Positions 15,645-28,904 of a stretch of DNA of 64,000 nucleotides are shown here, piece after piece; within the stretch, counting starts at the first letter, position 1, and each line of letters starts with the position of its first letter. The translations under genes were made by a program, and so were the position numbers. Origin of the DNA: Amoeboaphelidium protococcarum X5 (lineage: Eukaryota > Fungi > Aphelidiomycota); NCBI GenBank assembly GCA_023515725.1, contig JALDTO010000192.1, positions 761,517-825,516 on the forward strand, given 5' to 3'. The notes under the pieces were generated by a model. It had not been told where the DNA came from. It searched no databases and saw only the letters and a list, made by a program, of their open reading frames with translations.

Positions 15645-16679
15645 ATGCCTAGGAATCCAAGCGTAGAGCAAGACATTAAGTGGCAAGACTTGGATAAGTC
15701 AAAATATCTCTTGTATAGTTCAGCGTTTTTGGCATCTGCGCGCGTGGCTGTCTATCCTTCAACAGTAGTGAAGACTCGTCTTTAGATGTAACTATAGTAA
15801 AACAATATCAACCCAGCTCTGCCATAATAATCCACCATCACCCGTCTGCCATCATCCTCCTAAAACACCTCGCTGAGTGTCGTCCAAATAATTCTCCAGC
15901 AGTAAGGTGTCACCGGACTATTCAAAGGAATGAGCATAATGCTTGCAGGTCTTCTTCCATCGCAGGCTCTCTATTATACTACATATGAATGGGTACGTGA
16001 GCGAGTTGAAACAAGCGTTTCATCGTACGTGAGCAGAGAGACACGCGCTAATGCCGTCGCGTCAACTTTTGCATATCCATCATCAGTGCAGGAGCAGAGT
16101 GGTCTACTACGATTCTCTTTATAATCGCGACTATCCTAAGATATTGTAAGCAATTTGGCAGCTGGATCTCTGTCTTCACTGTCTTCTCAAGTTGTAGTTG
16201 TACCCGCTGATGTTGTAACGTAGCGCTTCATTCATTAAGGCAGTCTCCGGACATCCATCTCATCCATAATACGAGATATTTATCGACTAAATGGTCTGTC
16301 TGGGTTCTACAAAGGATCGCTTCTATCCAGTTTTACATATTCATCTGGCTCGGCATTTTATTGGATTAGCTACGCAATGAGTAAGAGACTACTCCGAGAA
16401 TCTACATCTCTTGACTCTAATGCTACTAACGCAGTGTCGGGCGCGATAGCTGGATGTTCAAGCACAGTCCTCACACACCCCTTTGATCTGATCAAGACAA
16501 GAATGCAGATATCTGACTGTCGTCAGACATTTTCATAAGCGTGCAAATAATTTGTTCATACTGAAGGTCTGAAGCATTTACTAACGAAAGGATTGATGGC
16601 ACGATTGGACAGCAGTGTTCCGGTGTCTGTAATCATGATTCTGAGTTATGAAAAGGCCAAAGAGATGAGCCTAAAATGA
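15645..16679 (+). CDS. SLC25A44: Mitochondrial carrier, SLC25A44-like, 344 aa
   Basis: IKWQDLDKSKY N-terminus. Three carrier signatures: YPSTVVKTRLQ, VPADVVTQRF, HPFDLIKTRMQ. Confidence 0.85.
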
Positions 16680-16964
16680 ACATTTATATACTGTACTAAT
16701 AACCAACCTTATAAGCTCTTTTATTTTTTAATTTCAATTAAGTTTTGTCAGATTAATGATCAAACATCCACATGGAGCTGCTGCGCCTCATGCCGCCAAA
16801 CTCCCACGCTAAGGTTAGAAGCGAAACGGACTCAGATAAGATCAAGCATGGACTCCGTGAGAATCTTCTCATGATAAGAAATACAGTTATTTATATCATC
16901 CATTTTACTTGTCATTTCTTAACAAGTTTAAATGTGTAAAGTCTCTATAAGTGAGAAATCTAGA

Positions 16965-18149
16965 TCAATCACTCCATTGATCTCCAGGATCAAGAATTTA
17001 CCACTCTGGCAACAACTGATTGGACTCTTGAGTGTTGACTGCTGTCCACTCAGCAATTCGTCCATCATTACCTGCACTATACATTATCTACATATGCACC
17101 ATTAATCATGACAAGACAGTGTATCTAAAATTTACGATAATACGAACCTTTTAGTTTGTCGGATGCGTCAGTGCAACGTTTACACGTCCGAAATGACATC
17201 CATCTAGTACTTGTTAAACTTGCATGTCGTTCAAATTGATAACCAAAATACTACCATCATCATTCGGAAACAGTAGCTCCTAGGCATTGATGATGGACAT
17301 CCGTCGCAAGGTGAAGTACTTATTCAAAAGTCGCTAACCATTCAATTAATTCGGTGGGGTGTCACCCTAATCTTCCTTAAAGTTCCACTTGCAAAGCGAA
17401 GAGTCCATGGCAGTGCTCAACAAATACTTCCCATCTGAAGAAAACCATAGTCCATTTATACCAGCGCTATGAGCCACAAGTCTTTACTATTAATCATTTT
17501 GCTATTGCATTGAACCGAATTACATTAAACATTAATCTTTCGCACCTCCACCACGTCGAATGTCCCAAACTTTGATTGTTTTATCCATCGACGCGCTAAC
17601 AAGTATATATTCTTCGGTTGGATGCCATGATACTGCGGATATAGCATCCTAATGTCCATGCAGAGTCTATGCAAAAGCACCAGAATTGAGGTCGCAAATT
17701 CTCAATCTGGTATCTGACGTGGCGCACGCTATTAAGTTCTTTGCACTCAGATCGTGCGCGTACACCACGCTTCCCATTTTGAACTAGTACGACTCTTGCA
17801 TGAGCTATGTATCAAATACTTTGACACTTTTGTCCATAGAGGATGTAGTAAATAGACCGGTATCGTGATGGTACCAGCACACTGAAGATATGGCATGCTT
17901 ATGTGACTGAGGTTTCAATAGACGGCCCTTGAGGCAGGGCTGATGCTGATCTTCGTTAGGATCGATCTCATACAGACTTATAGTTGCATCGCTTCCAACG
18001 CTTAACAGATTACGACCATCGCATCTATCTATTGCCATGTCTGTGATATTCTATGCCTGAACATCTTGACTGAAGAGCCGTTTTAATCTCCAGACCATAC
18101 TTTGACTGCGCGTTTAAGTTGAAAGATTTGGCGCAGTCGCCATTTCCAT
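16965..18149 (-). CDS. ERCC8: WD40 DNA repair protein CSA/ERCC8/Rad28; intron 17088-17147; start uncertain
   Basis: AIDRCDGRNLLSVGSD, WYHHDTGLFTTSSMD, RICDLNSGAFAQTLHGH..WHPTEEYILVSASMDKTIKVWDIRR. Ends DQWSD*. Confidence 0.85.
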
Positions 18150-18207
18150 CTCTTAATAACAGTTAGACGATCATACAAACAACTTTGTGCTGAAAAGTTA
18201 TCACAGA

Positions 18208-19297
18208 ATGAATGACTTTGTTCATAGTAAGTTCTTAATTTATTTCCGTAAATATTTACAAAGTTTTTAGTGTAGAAAATGCGCATTTAATTTATGCTCT
18301 TACCGGTATTGGTTTCTTAGTTGCGGTAAAGTTACTGTTGAATCTCCTCGTGGCCGTTTACGACGTCTTTGTCGCGTCCGGTGTGAATGTTAAGGCCAAG
18401 TATGGAGGAGTTGATCATTACGCATGTAGGTATCTTTTAATTATAATTTACTTCGAGTATTTAAAGTTTTATGTGAATGGTGTAGTAATTACTGGCTCTA
18501 CTGATGGTATTGGCAAGGAGTATGCTCTGCAGTTGGCCAGAAAGGGACTGAACATCATTCTGGTGTCTCGTACGCAGAGCAAGTTGGACGCCGTCGCCGA
18601 AGAGATTAAGCGCGCGAGTCCATCCGCTAAAGTTGTCACTGAAGCAATTGACTTTTCCAAGATCACTGAGAAGAACTGGAAATCATTGGATCAGCTGTCT
18701 GCAACGTATAAAATCACTGTTCTGGTCAATAATGTGGCTATGAACCATGGTATCCCGACGCCGTTCGCTGAAGAGGAGCAGAGTGTGATTGATAATATCC
18801 TGCGTGTCAACTGCGATGCCACTCTGCGCATCACTAAAACTGTCTTAAATGGGATGATTTAGCGTAGCCAGGCGAAATAGGTTAAGAATGCACTGATTCT
18901 GAATATTGGCTCATTCGCAGGCCTGATTCCTACTGCGTATCTGCAAACTTATAGTGCATCTAAATCGTTCCTGAAGACGTTTTCTGTCGCTCTTGCCCAG
19001 GAAGTTAAGCAATATGGAATTCATGTCGAGCATCATAATACTTACTTTGTGGTGTCTAATATGAGTAAGATATCGCGTCCAAGTATGATGATTCCCACCG
19101 CCAAGTCGTACGTCTCAAGCGCTTTGTCAAGAGTCGGCTCTTCTTATGACGTGACTCCATACTTTGCACATAATGTCATGGCCAAATTGTTCAATATGGT
19201 ACCATAGTGGATTCTTGTCAGTAAGACTTACTCCATGCAGGTGTCCATCAGGAAGAGAGCACTGCGAAAGGCCGAGAGACTGAACAAGAAGGAATGA
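18208..19297 (+). CDS. IFA38: Very-long-chain 3-oxoacyl-CoA reductase (KAR/HSD17B12); introns 18227-18275 and 18426-18485
   Basis: ITGSTDGIGKEYALQLARKGLNIILVSRTQSKL, LVNNVA, YSASK, YFVVSNMSKI, C-terminal IRKRALRK. Confidence 0.88.
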
Positions 19298-19467
19298 GAT
19301 AGGAAATTGTGAAATCCTACATGAATAGTCAGTTCTGTGGTAGGAAAAAATTACTTTCTCGATCGATCAATCAATACTATATTGTCAATCAGACATTCAT
19401 CAAACTGTTAACTTTACTAAATTTACATTTACGGAGGCATGAAGATAATGCATACAGAGTTCTAATA

Positions 19468-21876
19468 TCAGCTGTCATCTTCTTCCATAATGACACCTTC
19501 TATATTGTCAATAAACCAGGGATGTCTGACAATTTGCTCGATAGTTAATCGGTTCCTAGGATTTCTACATAACATTCCATCCAGAAGATCTACGCAAACT
19601 CTAGACAATCTGATTTCATCTTTGCTCTATTTCAAAGAGAGGGAAGGTGATTTACTTCGATAATGTATTTCATCCAGGTGCATTTACTACAAAGATAGAT
19701 TGGCCATCTCACTCTTGTTAGACAGATAAGCACCAGCAGCAAGATTAGTAGATTTGAAAAACGGAGAGTGTCCCAGACTAGGACTCATGCTTCGTTATGA
19801 ACTAGTATTGGACAGATTACGAATGCCATCATGCTTTGGATTTAGAGGAGATGGAACATATCTTCTCTGATGCAACTACCTAGGATCTATTAAGCACTGC
19901 TAATTTATAAACACAGGCTTGCCACAACCTAGCGCAAGTTACCGTACACTCATATGCTCATCAATGGCATTCTTGGGATCATTGAATGGATTCTCACCAA
20001 ATAGCATAGTGTACATCAACACACCCAATGCCCAAATTTCAGCCTCTGGTCCTCGGTATTTCTAACCTTTTATAATCTCGGGCGCACAGTACTGAGGTGT
20101 ACCATGAAATGTGTTAAACCATCTGCTGACATCCTGTGGTATAAAGGCGGCAGCACCAAAATCGATCAACTTCACGTTGTATACTGCATCGATTACAAGA
20201 TTTTCATCTTTAATGTCACGATGAACTATCCGCAGATCATGATGCAGGTAGTAGATCGCATCCGCCACTTATTTAAACACCTTTTTAGCGAGATCTTCAT
20301 TAAAACGCTAATGAACATCAATACATTCAAACAAATCCATTGATGCTCTTCTCTCAGACTTTCTACTGGCAGAGCTATCATCAGACATGTAACCACTATG
20401 CTGCTTCTCCTTATACTTCTTGATGTAAGACTTGCTATTGGCCTTGGTCACCTTTCTACCAGCTACCCACTCGGAGCCATGCATTTCAGTTACAAGGTAA
20501 TAGAATGCTGCATCTTCAAACCAGTCCACTAACTTGATAATATTCGGATGATCAATTCTCCTCAATACGAAAAGCTCAAAAGGAACAGAAGTCTACAGTA
20601 GAGGGTCATAAACATAAGATCTTATCGGAATCTTGTCCTTTATGATAAATTTCACAGCCACTTCTTTGACAGATGAGTGCATATCTTCAGGAACACATTG
20701 AAGATTGGGCAGAGCTGATACTACAAATCCAAATCCGCCTTCACCTAGAATGTCACCCACCGTATATCTATTAGTGAAAGATTTCAGAAACTTGTATTAA
20801 CTCAAAATCTTCTCAGCCATAGTTTCTGGTGAACCACATGAACCAACGGATGACTAGGTGTCTGCAGTAGTTTATGCCTTTAGAGCAGACAGAGGACTTA
20901 GATGCTAGTTGCTCTACTACTGCATCGAGCCTTATTATCCATGACCACTAGAGACATTACCATGAATTTGGTTGTTGTAATTGGTTGATTTCTGAATGAA
21001 AAGCGGGCTATCTCCTCTCTAAAATATATCTTTACCAGAAGAAACGGGTGGCCTGTCTTTAGCCACAGCCTTTGGACTTAACGATGGAGAGGAACCTTTA
21101 TTCTGCAACCTCATCACTGGAGATGCTTAAGCAGACACCACTGGAGACTTGTCAAGCTTTGCCTTTTCATACTCCAGATCAGATTGAACATTCGCAGTAG
21201 ATTCAAGCATAGCTGGCTAGGAGACCTCCTTGAGTAGAGCCGGTTTCTTTGGCTTGACCGCTGCCAGTTTGATGTCGTCCGGACCTGCATCCAAATCCAT
21301 ACTATCTGCACTGATTTAAGGTTTCAGCTATAGATGTACCTTACTATTACCATGATTATTGTTGTAACCATTCTTACTCAGAGCAACAGAGAATGGCCTG
21401 ATGCGAGGACTGATAATCTCCACACGATCATCAACATCGGCTTGATGGAAAGGGAGCTTCTATATTCTACCTGCAGTCTACTGTTACTGCCACCCCTCCT
21501 AACCAGTAACTTAAAGATGAGCACTAGCCTTATGACGAACACTAGAGTAATCAAATTGCGAATCTTGACCGTGTGAAACACCGTCGTGATGACTGGCCGT
21601 TTTACTTTGACTGAAATCCAACGGGGCGGAACCTCGATAGAACGGAAACACCTTCTAGAGAAAGCTCTTCTTGTGCTTTGGCTTACCATGGATATCGTCC
21701 TGAATGAGCATGTTGTTGCTGTTACCACTCTCCTAGCCAAAACTCTCTCTAGATATCATATTCTTTGGTTTATGCAAATGGGAAATCTAATTATGACGGA
21801 TATCTTGAGTGACAGCGCTGACAATATCACTCTGAACTTGTTATTGTTATTATTCAACTTCCATTTAATGATCCAT
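19468..21876 (-). CDS. Ser/Thr kinase, PAS-kinase (PASK/Psk)-like, 802 aa
   Basis: LGEGGFGFV, VAVKFIIKDKI, MDLFECI, HRDIKDENLVID, DFGAA, GTPQYCAPE, YRGPEAEIWALGV. Long Q/S-rich N-terminus. Confidence 0.88.
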
Positions 21877-22251
21877 ATTACGCACAGTATATCACAGCCA
21901 AATTCAGATACTTTAATGACACCTTTTATACTATATTTCAAAGCCGACTTATCACTGAGTAAACTAATAAAATTGAAAGATAAGCCCACTTGCAACGTAA
22001 TTGTTTGTTTTACACCAGCAAAGCACTGGCTCCAGATGCGAAACGATTATTGTTTGTCTTCGCGACCCAAGCAACAATGAGAGGCGATTGTGAAAAGTAG
22101 CGAGCAGTTGAAACAATTGGGTTTTACATTGACGAAGCGACAGTTAACAGAGATTAGGCGTATCTTAGTACTGAGATTTCAATATGCGCCAAGTTATAAA
22201 GAAGGAATATTATTATGTAGATCGCTTTATAAATATACATACCAAATATTA

Positions 22252-23364
22252 TCATTTCTTGCGACGAGGTCGGAGAGATCTGGTCTGAGTGTCGGTTGTT
22301 AAGGTTTTCCTATTCTGGCTTGATGATCCTGAGGAAGCAGACGGCAGCGGTTGTAGTACCTCTTCCGTATGATTGACAGCTGATTACTGCGCCTTGACAA
22401 GCAACTCTTCATCGCGCTTCTTCATGCGTGCACCCACGCCCACATTGTAGTCTTCATTATCAGTCATCAATTCATAACGACACTTGGGACAATAGTTGCT
22501 TCTCTCTAACCAATGAGCGATGCAATCTTGGTGATAAATATGATGACATGGCATCTCGCGAATACACATCGTATCTTCACTGGGCTGATTAGCGGTGGCA
22601 TATTGATTTTATTACTTATCAGAGATACGATCTGATGGGAATTCTTCCAAGCAAATCGCGCATTTGGGATCAGTCTCCAATACTGATTAACATACCTTGT
22701 CGACCACTTTCAGCCCATCTACAGCCTCTTTTGAAGCAGGAGGTTGACCTTACTGACCAAAATCATTAATAGCATTCTAAAATAAATGGCGCAAAAAAAT
22801 CTCTGTAAATCCGCCGTGATGCATTAGACCGTTCATGACATCAGCAAAAGTGAACGGATTATCCGCATTTCCTTAATTCATGATATCACCGCCTTGCATC
22901 AGGACGGTGCGGCGATTAGCAAATTGTATTCCATAATCTTGTCTAGTACCTTAATTAATCTACTACAATTGAAGCTGTTATGTATGACGCCGAGTCTACC
23001 GCTGAGTATTAGTTGACGGAATATCAACCTGGACAGTTTCATTCGGGCGCATAACTAGCTCAAATGTCATCTAATGCATTTGATCATCACCTTAACGATT
23101 ATCAGCATTCAATGGATTCTCCAACATCCTACGGGCCATCGCTCTTGTCACAGGTCCATCTCTTGTAATCGGGCCTGATGTTGCCTACTGTTACTACTAA
23201 GATAACTGTTGCTACTAAAATGCAGGGTGCGTATCAAAGACAAATGTAAATTCAGCTTGATACTATTACTCAGGCAGCTCTTGATTGTTCTCCGCTTGTT
23301 CATCATTGTCATTTGCAGAATCATTCATCTGCCGATATTATTAACGTCTTCGACTAGGAGGCAT
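22252..23364 (-). CDS. RING-H2 E3 ubiquitin ligase (RNF181/RNF126-like), 370 aa
   Basis: PPASKEAV..CAICLEEF..EMPCHHIYHQDCIAHWLERSNYCPKCRYELMTD. ATG23364, TGA22252. Confidence 0.87.
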
Positions 23365-23570
23365 CACTACTAATAATAATTGATTTGTTGTTGATTAACT
23401 AACGTCGGTTTGAATGATGATCAAGACAATGAGGAGAACAACATGCGCATGCCTGTCAAGTGATTGAAACACGAATTTTCTGTAGGAATCGCTACGGTAC
23501 TAACAAATGATTTTGGTGGCTATAGTGTGAGCATAAATATAATTGCAATATTAATTTAATTATTAAACTA

Positions 23571-24893
23571 TCAAATCTCTTTCACAAAATTAGATGGAAA
23601 ATTTCCAGATAATCCAGAGCTGAGGTTGGTGCCCTTCCACCATGCGGCAGCTGATGGATCAAGTGGAGCACCACCGTCCACAGAGACGCGAATCACGTCA
23701 CCTACGACAAAGTTGAGATCGCCGTCTTGTTCCGCGTCGAAATTGAAAACGGCCTTGAACATTTTGAAATTCTTTTTCAAAACGGGCGGCACAGGGAGTT
23801 GAGGCTTTGGTTTCAACACTGGAGGAATATTTTACTGCGATAGTCGCGCATGATCTAGAGGGGGAGCAGATGGATGAGGATTCACTGAAGGAGAATGAGG
23901 ACGACTAGATGAAGCAGAAGCGGTATTATGAGATGGGAGATATGTGAATGCATGTTGATTCATGTGGCTTCTGCCATGACTCTGAGTAGACAATGGTGAC
24001 TGAGGGGTGGATTGATTGATCACGGAGCTATTCATGGACTGAGTCAACTTGTCAACATTATAGTTATTAGATTGAGGTGCCGCCTGATAACCTGATATTA
24101 TCCCATCCAGATCCAGTCCTTGATCTAACTACTCCATTAATTCTGCACATTCGCGATAAAAGTTGAGCATAGCTTTCAATGTCTGAGCAGTCTCCACTCG
24201 ACGCATCGCCGACGTGTCAGCATCATTAGACAGAGGCACCAGAAGCTCACGGATAGCATTAGCACTAGAATCAAACTTTCCTTGAGCCAATTACACCTCA
24301 GTTTCATATTTTTTTATTTTTGCATCGCCATTAGCTGATTTCACTTCCTGCTTGAGTTTGAATTTTTTCGCATCAAGATCTAATCGGCGTTGTTTCAACT
24401 TTTCATAATGATCATCCGCGCCTTAGATGTTCTCCTTCAGCATTAGCTGCTTTGGTTGGATGAAGCATTCGTACGCTTTATCATTGAGTTCAGCTTATTT
24501 ACGTGCCATCAGACAGAGTACCTTATTTACACTTCCAAAGTACTGCTTTGTAAATTCATCATGTGGATACGATGATGACAAATTGTCCATAGCCTCTGCC
24601 AAAACATAGAGTGTTTGGCTTTTAGATAGATCATCAGCATGTTTCACGCGTACTTTTCCAGCTGACTGAGCGGATGACCCGCTAACCTGACTACTCTCAT
24701 ACTAATGATGATACGTGCCACCATTGAAATGCGTTGCTGCCTTTTGAATACAATCTTTCAGCAGGGTAGATGTTGACTCTGCCTTCAATAGCAGTCCATT
24801 GATATCAGAAGGAATATCAGTTTTCTGATCCTTTGAATTGTTTGACAATGTTTCGCGCGTTGCCTGTTTGAATCTATTCCAAGACTGAGCCAT
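23571..24893 (-). CDS. BAR-SH3 protein (endophilin-like), 440 aa
   Basis: N-terminal amphipathic WNRFKQATRETL, helical BAR region with RRLDLDAKK, Pro-rich linker, SH3 (AVFNFDAEQDGDLNF..WWKG..GNFPSNFV). Confidence 0.85.
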
Positions 24894-25292
24894 ATTCAAA
24901 AGTGTTAATCAAAGTACGTATTATCTACAAGCTTTTGAGACGTCAGTAAAATAAAATTTATGGGCATTTCATTTATCTAATGAACGCTTTTGGATAGATC
25001 TTGTGTAACCAATTTTCCTTCTCCAATCAGAGCACGCGCTATAACGCTGAAGATTCGATCACCTTTGATTGACTGCCCTTAAAGCGCACGGTCAATCAAC
25101 GATCTAACATTGTCATCACTGCATTTAATATACATTACATACTTGTTTTTATAATTGCCTTTGTAAACTTGGCGATATCTTTGTATTAAAATGGTTTCCA
25201 TTTAACATTTTTGAGACTACAGTAGATCGACTTGAACCTCAATAAATCTCTCTTCTCCCTTTTCCCGATTCGCATAAAATACTTTTGAAACG

Positions 25293-27356
25293 ATGTCTAA
25301 ATTACAAGAATATCAGAATTCGTTAGAGTAGTTCAAGAAGAATAGCTAGACGTCTTTTAATTAGGTGGAGTCTCTTTTACAGTCTGTGAATTAACTGCAG
25401 TCTCGTCTTCAAGAGTTGGAGCAGACCGTGGCTCCGTTGCACCAGGTCACTGAGAAGCTTAATCTGGCCCATGAAAGCACTGACCGTCAGATTGACGTAC
25501 TGTAGAATGTAATGGACAACATCAATGCTGCAGATAAAGAGTAGGCTATTTTAAATGGTGCCCTCACTGTTCAGAATGTGGATGAATACTTTCAATCTAT
25601 CAAGAGACTGGCTCAAGCTTGCGTGTTTCTATCTAAAAGCAAGATTAAGGATGCCGATAGGATTATTTAGAATTAGAAGTAGCTTATACTGTCTGCCAAT
25701 GAAAGATTGGGATTCCTGTACAAGACATCACTTCAATCTTAAAATGGCTCACCTGAGCAGCTCTCTGCTTTGAAATAGTAAACTTCCATCCTAAAGCAGT
25801 TGGAAAGTGATCCAGCGATTGCGCCATTGGGCATTCAATCCAACTTTGCTAATTACGCCAAAGTCATTGCTGAAGTTTAATCTGTCTAAATGCACTCTCG
25901 CCTGTAATCCAGCTATGCACAACTGTAGCAATTCATGAAGAATGTGGAAGCCAATAGATCATTACTTGTAAAGTATTCCAAGGGAAGTTGTCCATTTCTG
26001 GTGTATTGGAAAGACTTGATCTATTAAGTCACTTACCAGTATCAGCTTATTGGTAGCCTCGTACCAGACGGGAATACACCTAGTACTTCTTAGTAGTAGG
26101 TGTTAAAGTAAAAGTCTAGAAAACACAGCTCATCTAATCTATTTGAGTAAGTTGTGGCCACGTCTTTTGATCAGTTCTTGAAGGCTGCAGACCAGTTTTA
26201 ATCTAAACTGAAAAAGTCCGGCGCTGATTTCTCTGCTTTGTATACTTTACTGGACACCACAGATGCTCTTTGTGGAAGTTATGCCAGGTCGATGAGTGAT
26301 CAAGAATCTTCTGGCATTGCGGGTGATGCTGAAGTATCTTGGAGTGAGGTTGTATCCGCAGCTGGAAAGAGATCTCAAGACATAACTGCAGTAATTTCAT
26401 AGTTCATAAATTCAAGCTTGTAGCTATTGTAGCAGTATTAGGAGCATCTGGAGAAGCATAAGAGCTCGTCTTTGTACTTGAGTGGCAAAGATAAAGATTT
26501 CATGCCAGTTGACGGTACAGTGCATGAGTTGACATCCAATTCTGTCCAAGTGTTACGTCGCTGCTGCTCAGAGTATGGCAATATCTGTGAAATGCTAGCC
26601 TCATTCTAATTCAACACTGTGCCTGAGAATCAATATCTCTTACAGATTGTCAAATTCTACTCTTATTTAGCTACTACCGCCAATACTAATAATGTTGATC
26701 CCAATATCTCTAGAAAATGCCTATCAAAATTTGCGCGTGAAGCCTTGGAGAGTCTATGCTAAACTGTTGAACATTAAGGAAAATACTATCGCCCTGTTAA
26801 TGCAGCTGGTGTTAGCAGTTCTACATCTCTGCCAACCAGTCCATCGGATAAGACTATTTTATGCTAGATTTACCTGATTAATAATCATCATTTTATATTG
26901 AAGAATGTAAAATAGTATATGTTGAACACTGTTGGTGACTAGTATTTGCCGTAGATTTAAAAGATCTTCAACGCGGACTGCGATAATTACTAAATGTGTT
27001 GGAAGCCTTTACTAGCAGAGCTAGTCGCTGCCAATAGTTTGAATGTGTCCAAGTAATCATAGGGATTGTCTAAAAATGATCGTGAGACTGTAAAAGATCA
27101 TTTCAAGAATATTACCGCCATGATTGATGATGGTTGTAAATTGCAGAAGGGATTTTGTATCAGTGACCAGGAGTTGAGGCGTTCTATAATTGCCAGCATC
27201 AAGTCTGTAGTGATGCCGCTGTACACCAAGTTTTGGAACAAGTTTGCGGCTGATCCTAAATTGATTGAGGCGTGGACGAGTAAGCCGGAGAAGTATGTGA
27301 GATTTCCCGTTGCGGAAATTGAGACTTTACTTGACAGTCTCTTTATTGGAAAATGA
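25293..27356 (+). CDS. EXO70: Exocyst subunit Exo70, 687 aa
   Basis: MPVDGTVHELTS, IYLINNHHFI, LSKNDRETVKDHFKN, ISDQELR, KPEKYVRF, LDSLF. Confidence 0.9.
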
Positions 27357-27448
27357 TCTTTTTAATTGCTATATGCCTCTGGCTGAGCAGAGATTAATAA
27401 ATGTAATGCTTAGATACCGTGTCTAATATATGAAATGAATCTATTTAA

Positions 27449-28399
27449 TCAGGATTTCATCATGCTTAGATGCATCTCTTGGAAGACTGGATTGAGGTCG
27501 GCGGCGTTTTCCAACATTTAGACGTGTTCTGGTAGAAAACGCACACCCGTGAACGCCAATTTCTACAAACTAGTGGTGTTCTTCAATGCATCACACAATT
27601 CTCTAATCTGCAGTGTATTTTTCAAATCCAGTTTGATGATACTTGCAGTGACGGGTGGGCGGCGGTGATCTTACTCTGCAGACTTGAGATGAAACGACAG
27701 AGAGATTTACTGCACACGTGAGTTCATGCTGACCATTAGTGCCAAAGCATTAAGAATATTATCCATCGTGGTGTACTCAGAGGTGATTGCAGTCTCATCA
27801 TTTAAAGATGCCATATCAATCGAACGCTTCTTGGATGGATAAATATCTACAGTCAGTATCTCGACCGCCTGATTGAATCTCATTGCGATCAAACACTATG
27901 CGACAGAGAATTCATCCAGTTGCAGCTGCACGCGCTTTGTATCTAATTGAGACAAAGTCAATGCAACTCCATCCTTATCGAATCCAAGGCAATTTACAGG
28001 GAGCAAATTTTGCTGCTTTACCAAGGCTGAAATTTAGGCATTCGCTAGATGCAATTGCTGACTTAATTTGTCAATCGCAACTTCTTGTTCGACTTGTTTC
28101 AGCCTTGCCTATTCCAGCTGATGCAACAAGCTCTACAAGTCCAGATTCTAACTATAACTATCCCCCTCTTGGACTTTGTAACTGCCACTTTTAAACGCCA
28201 TATACACCACTAGTACAACTACAGCACCTAAAACAAGAGTATACGCGTCTATCGCTAACAATGAATCCGTAAACTAATCCAAATAGTTGTGGGTGCCATT
28301 AGTAACCTGTTGTCTGAGCGCGTCAAAGTTTGGCTGAGATGTCAAATGTTCTAAATGGTAATTGATCTAGGATGTGAGAGTATTTCTTAAAGCCTCCAT
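27449..28399 (-). CDS. Hypothetical protein, 316 aa: one TM helix, coiled coil, RNI-like LRR tail
   Basis: Table-6 ORF. TM segment YTLVLGAVVVLVVYMAF; Q/L-rich heptads; ELCDALKNTTSLQKLAF. Confidence 0.6.
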
Positions 28400-28763
28400 C
28401 TTATGACACTATTGTGACTAACACTCTAAATTGATTTTGATTATATTCTAGTGAAGTGAAAAAGAGTTTATGAAGATTGTTGACAGTTTCTTCTATTGCG
28501 GGTGAAATGAAGCAGTTATCTGATTGGGTCATAATTTTGTTGCACACATATAACATATCTTCAACTAGCAATTGTTAACTAGTAAAGATATACGACACTC
28601 AATCAAAGTAGAGAACCACTCATTCCCTTAAGATTAGAATCTCTAGAAATCTTGAAACGCGCGTGAATATTCTCTCTGTGTGATTCCACCGTCCCGCTCT
28701 TCTTTGTTTCTCGCTTAAATATCGCAGATCTCTTTATCGCAGACGAATCGTCTTCTCCTTCCA

Positions 28764-28806
28764 TCTCTCTTTCTTTCTTTCTTTCTCTCTCTCTCTCTCT
28801 TTCTCA
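28764..28806 (+). repeat. (CT)n/(CTTT)n polypyrimidine microsatellite upstream of the ABCD gene
   Basis: tctctctttctttctttctttctctctctctctctctttctc. Confidence 0.8.
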
Positions 28807-28904
28807 TTCAGTTTCGCTGTTCTTTTCATTCTCTTCTAATCGTTTTATCACTTCAGAAGTGTCCTCTTACTTATTGCAGAGTTAAGATAGAGATTAAGAG
28901 AATC

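Noticed and set aside
16808-16825. Telomerase-template-like CTAACCTTAG on the minus strand
   Set aside because: Does not match the TTAGGG template exactly and no supporting structure is recognisable.
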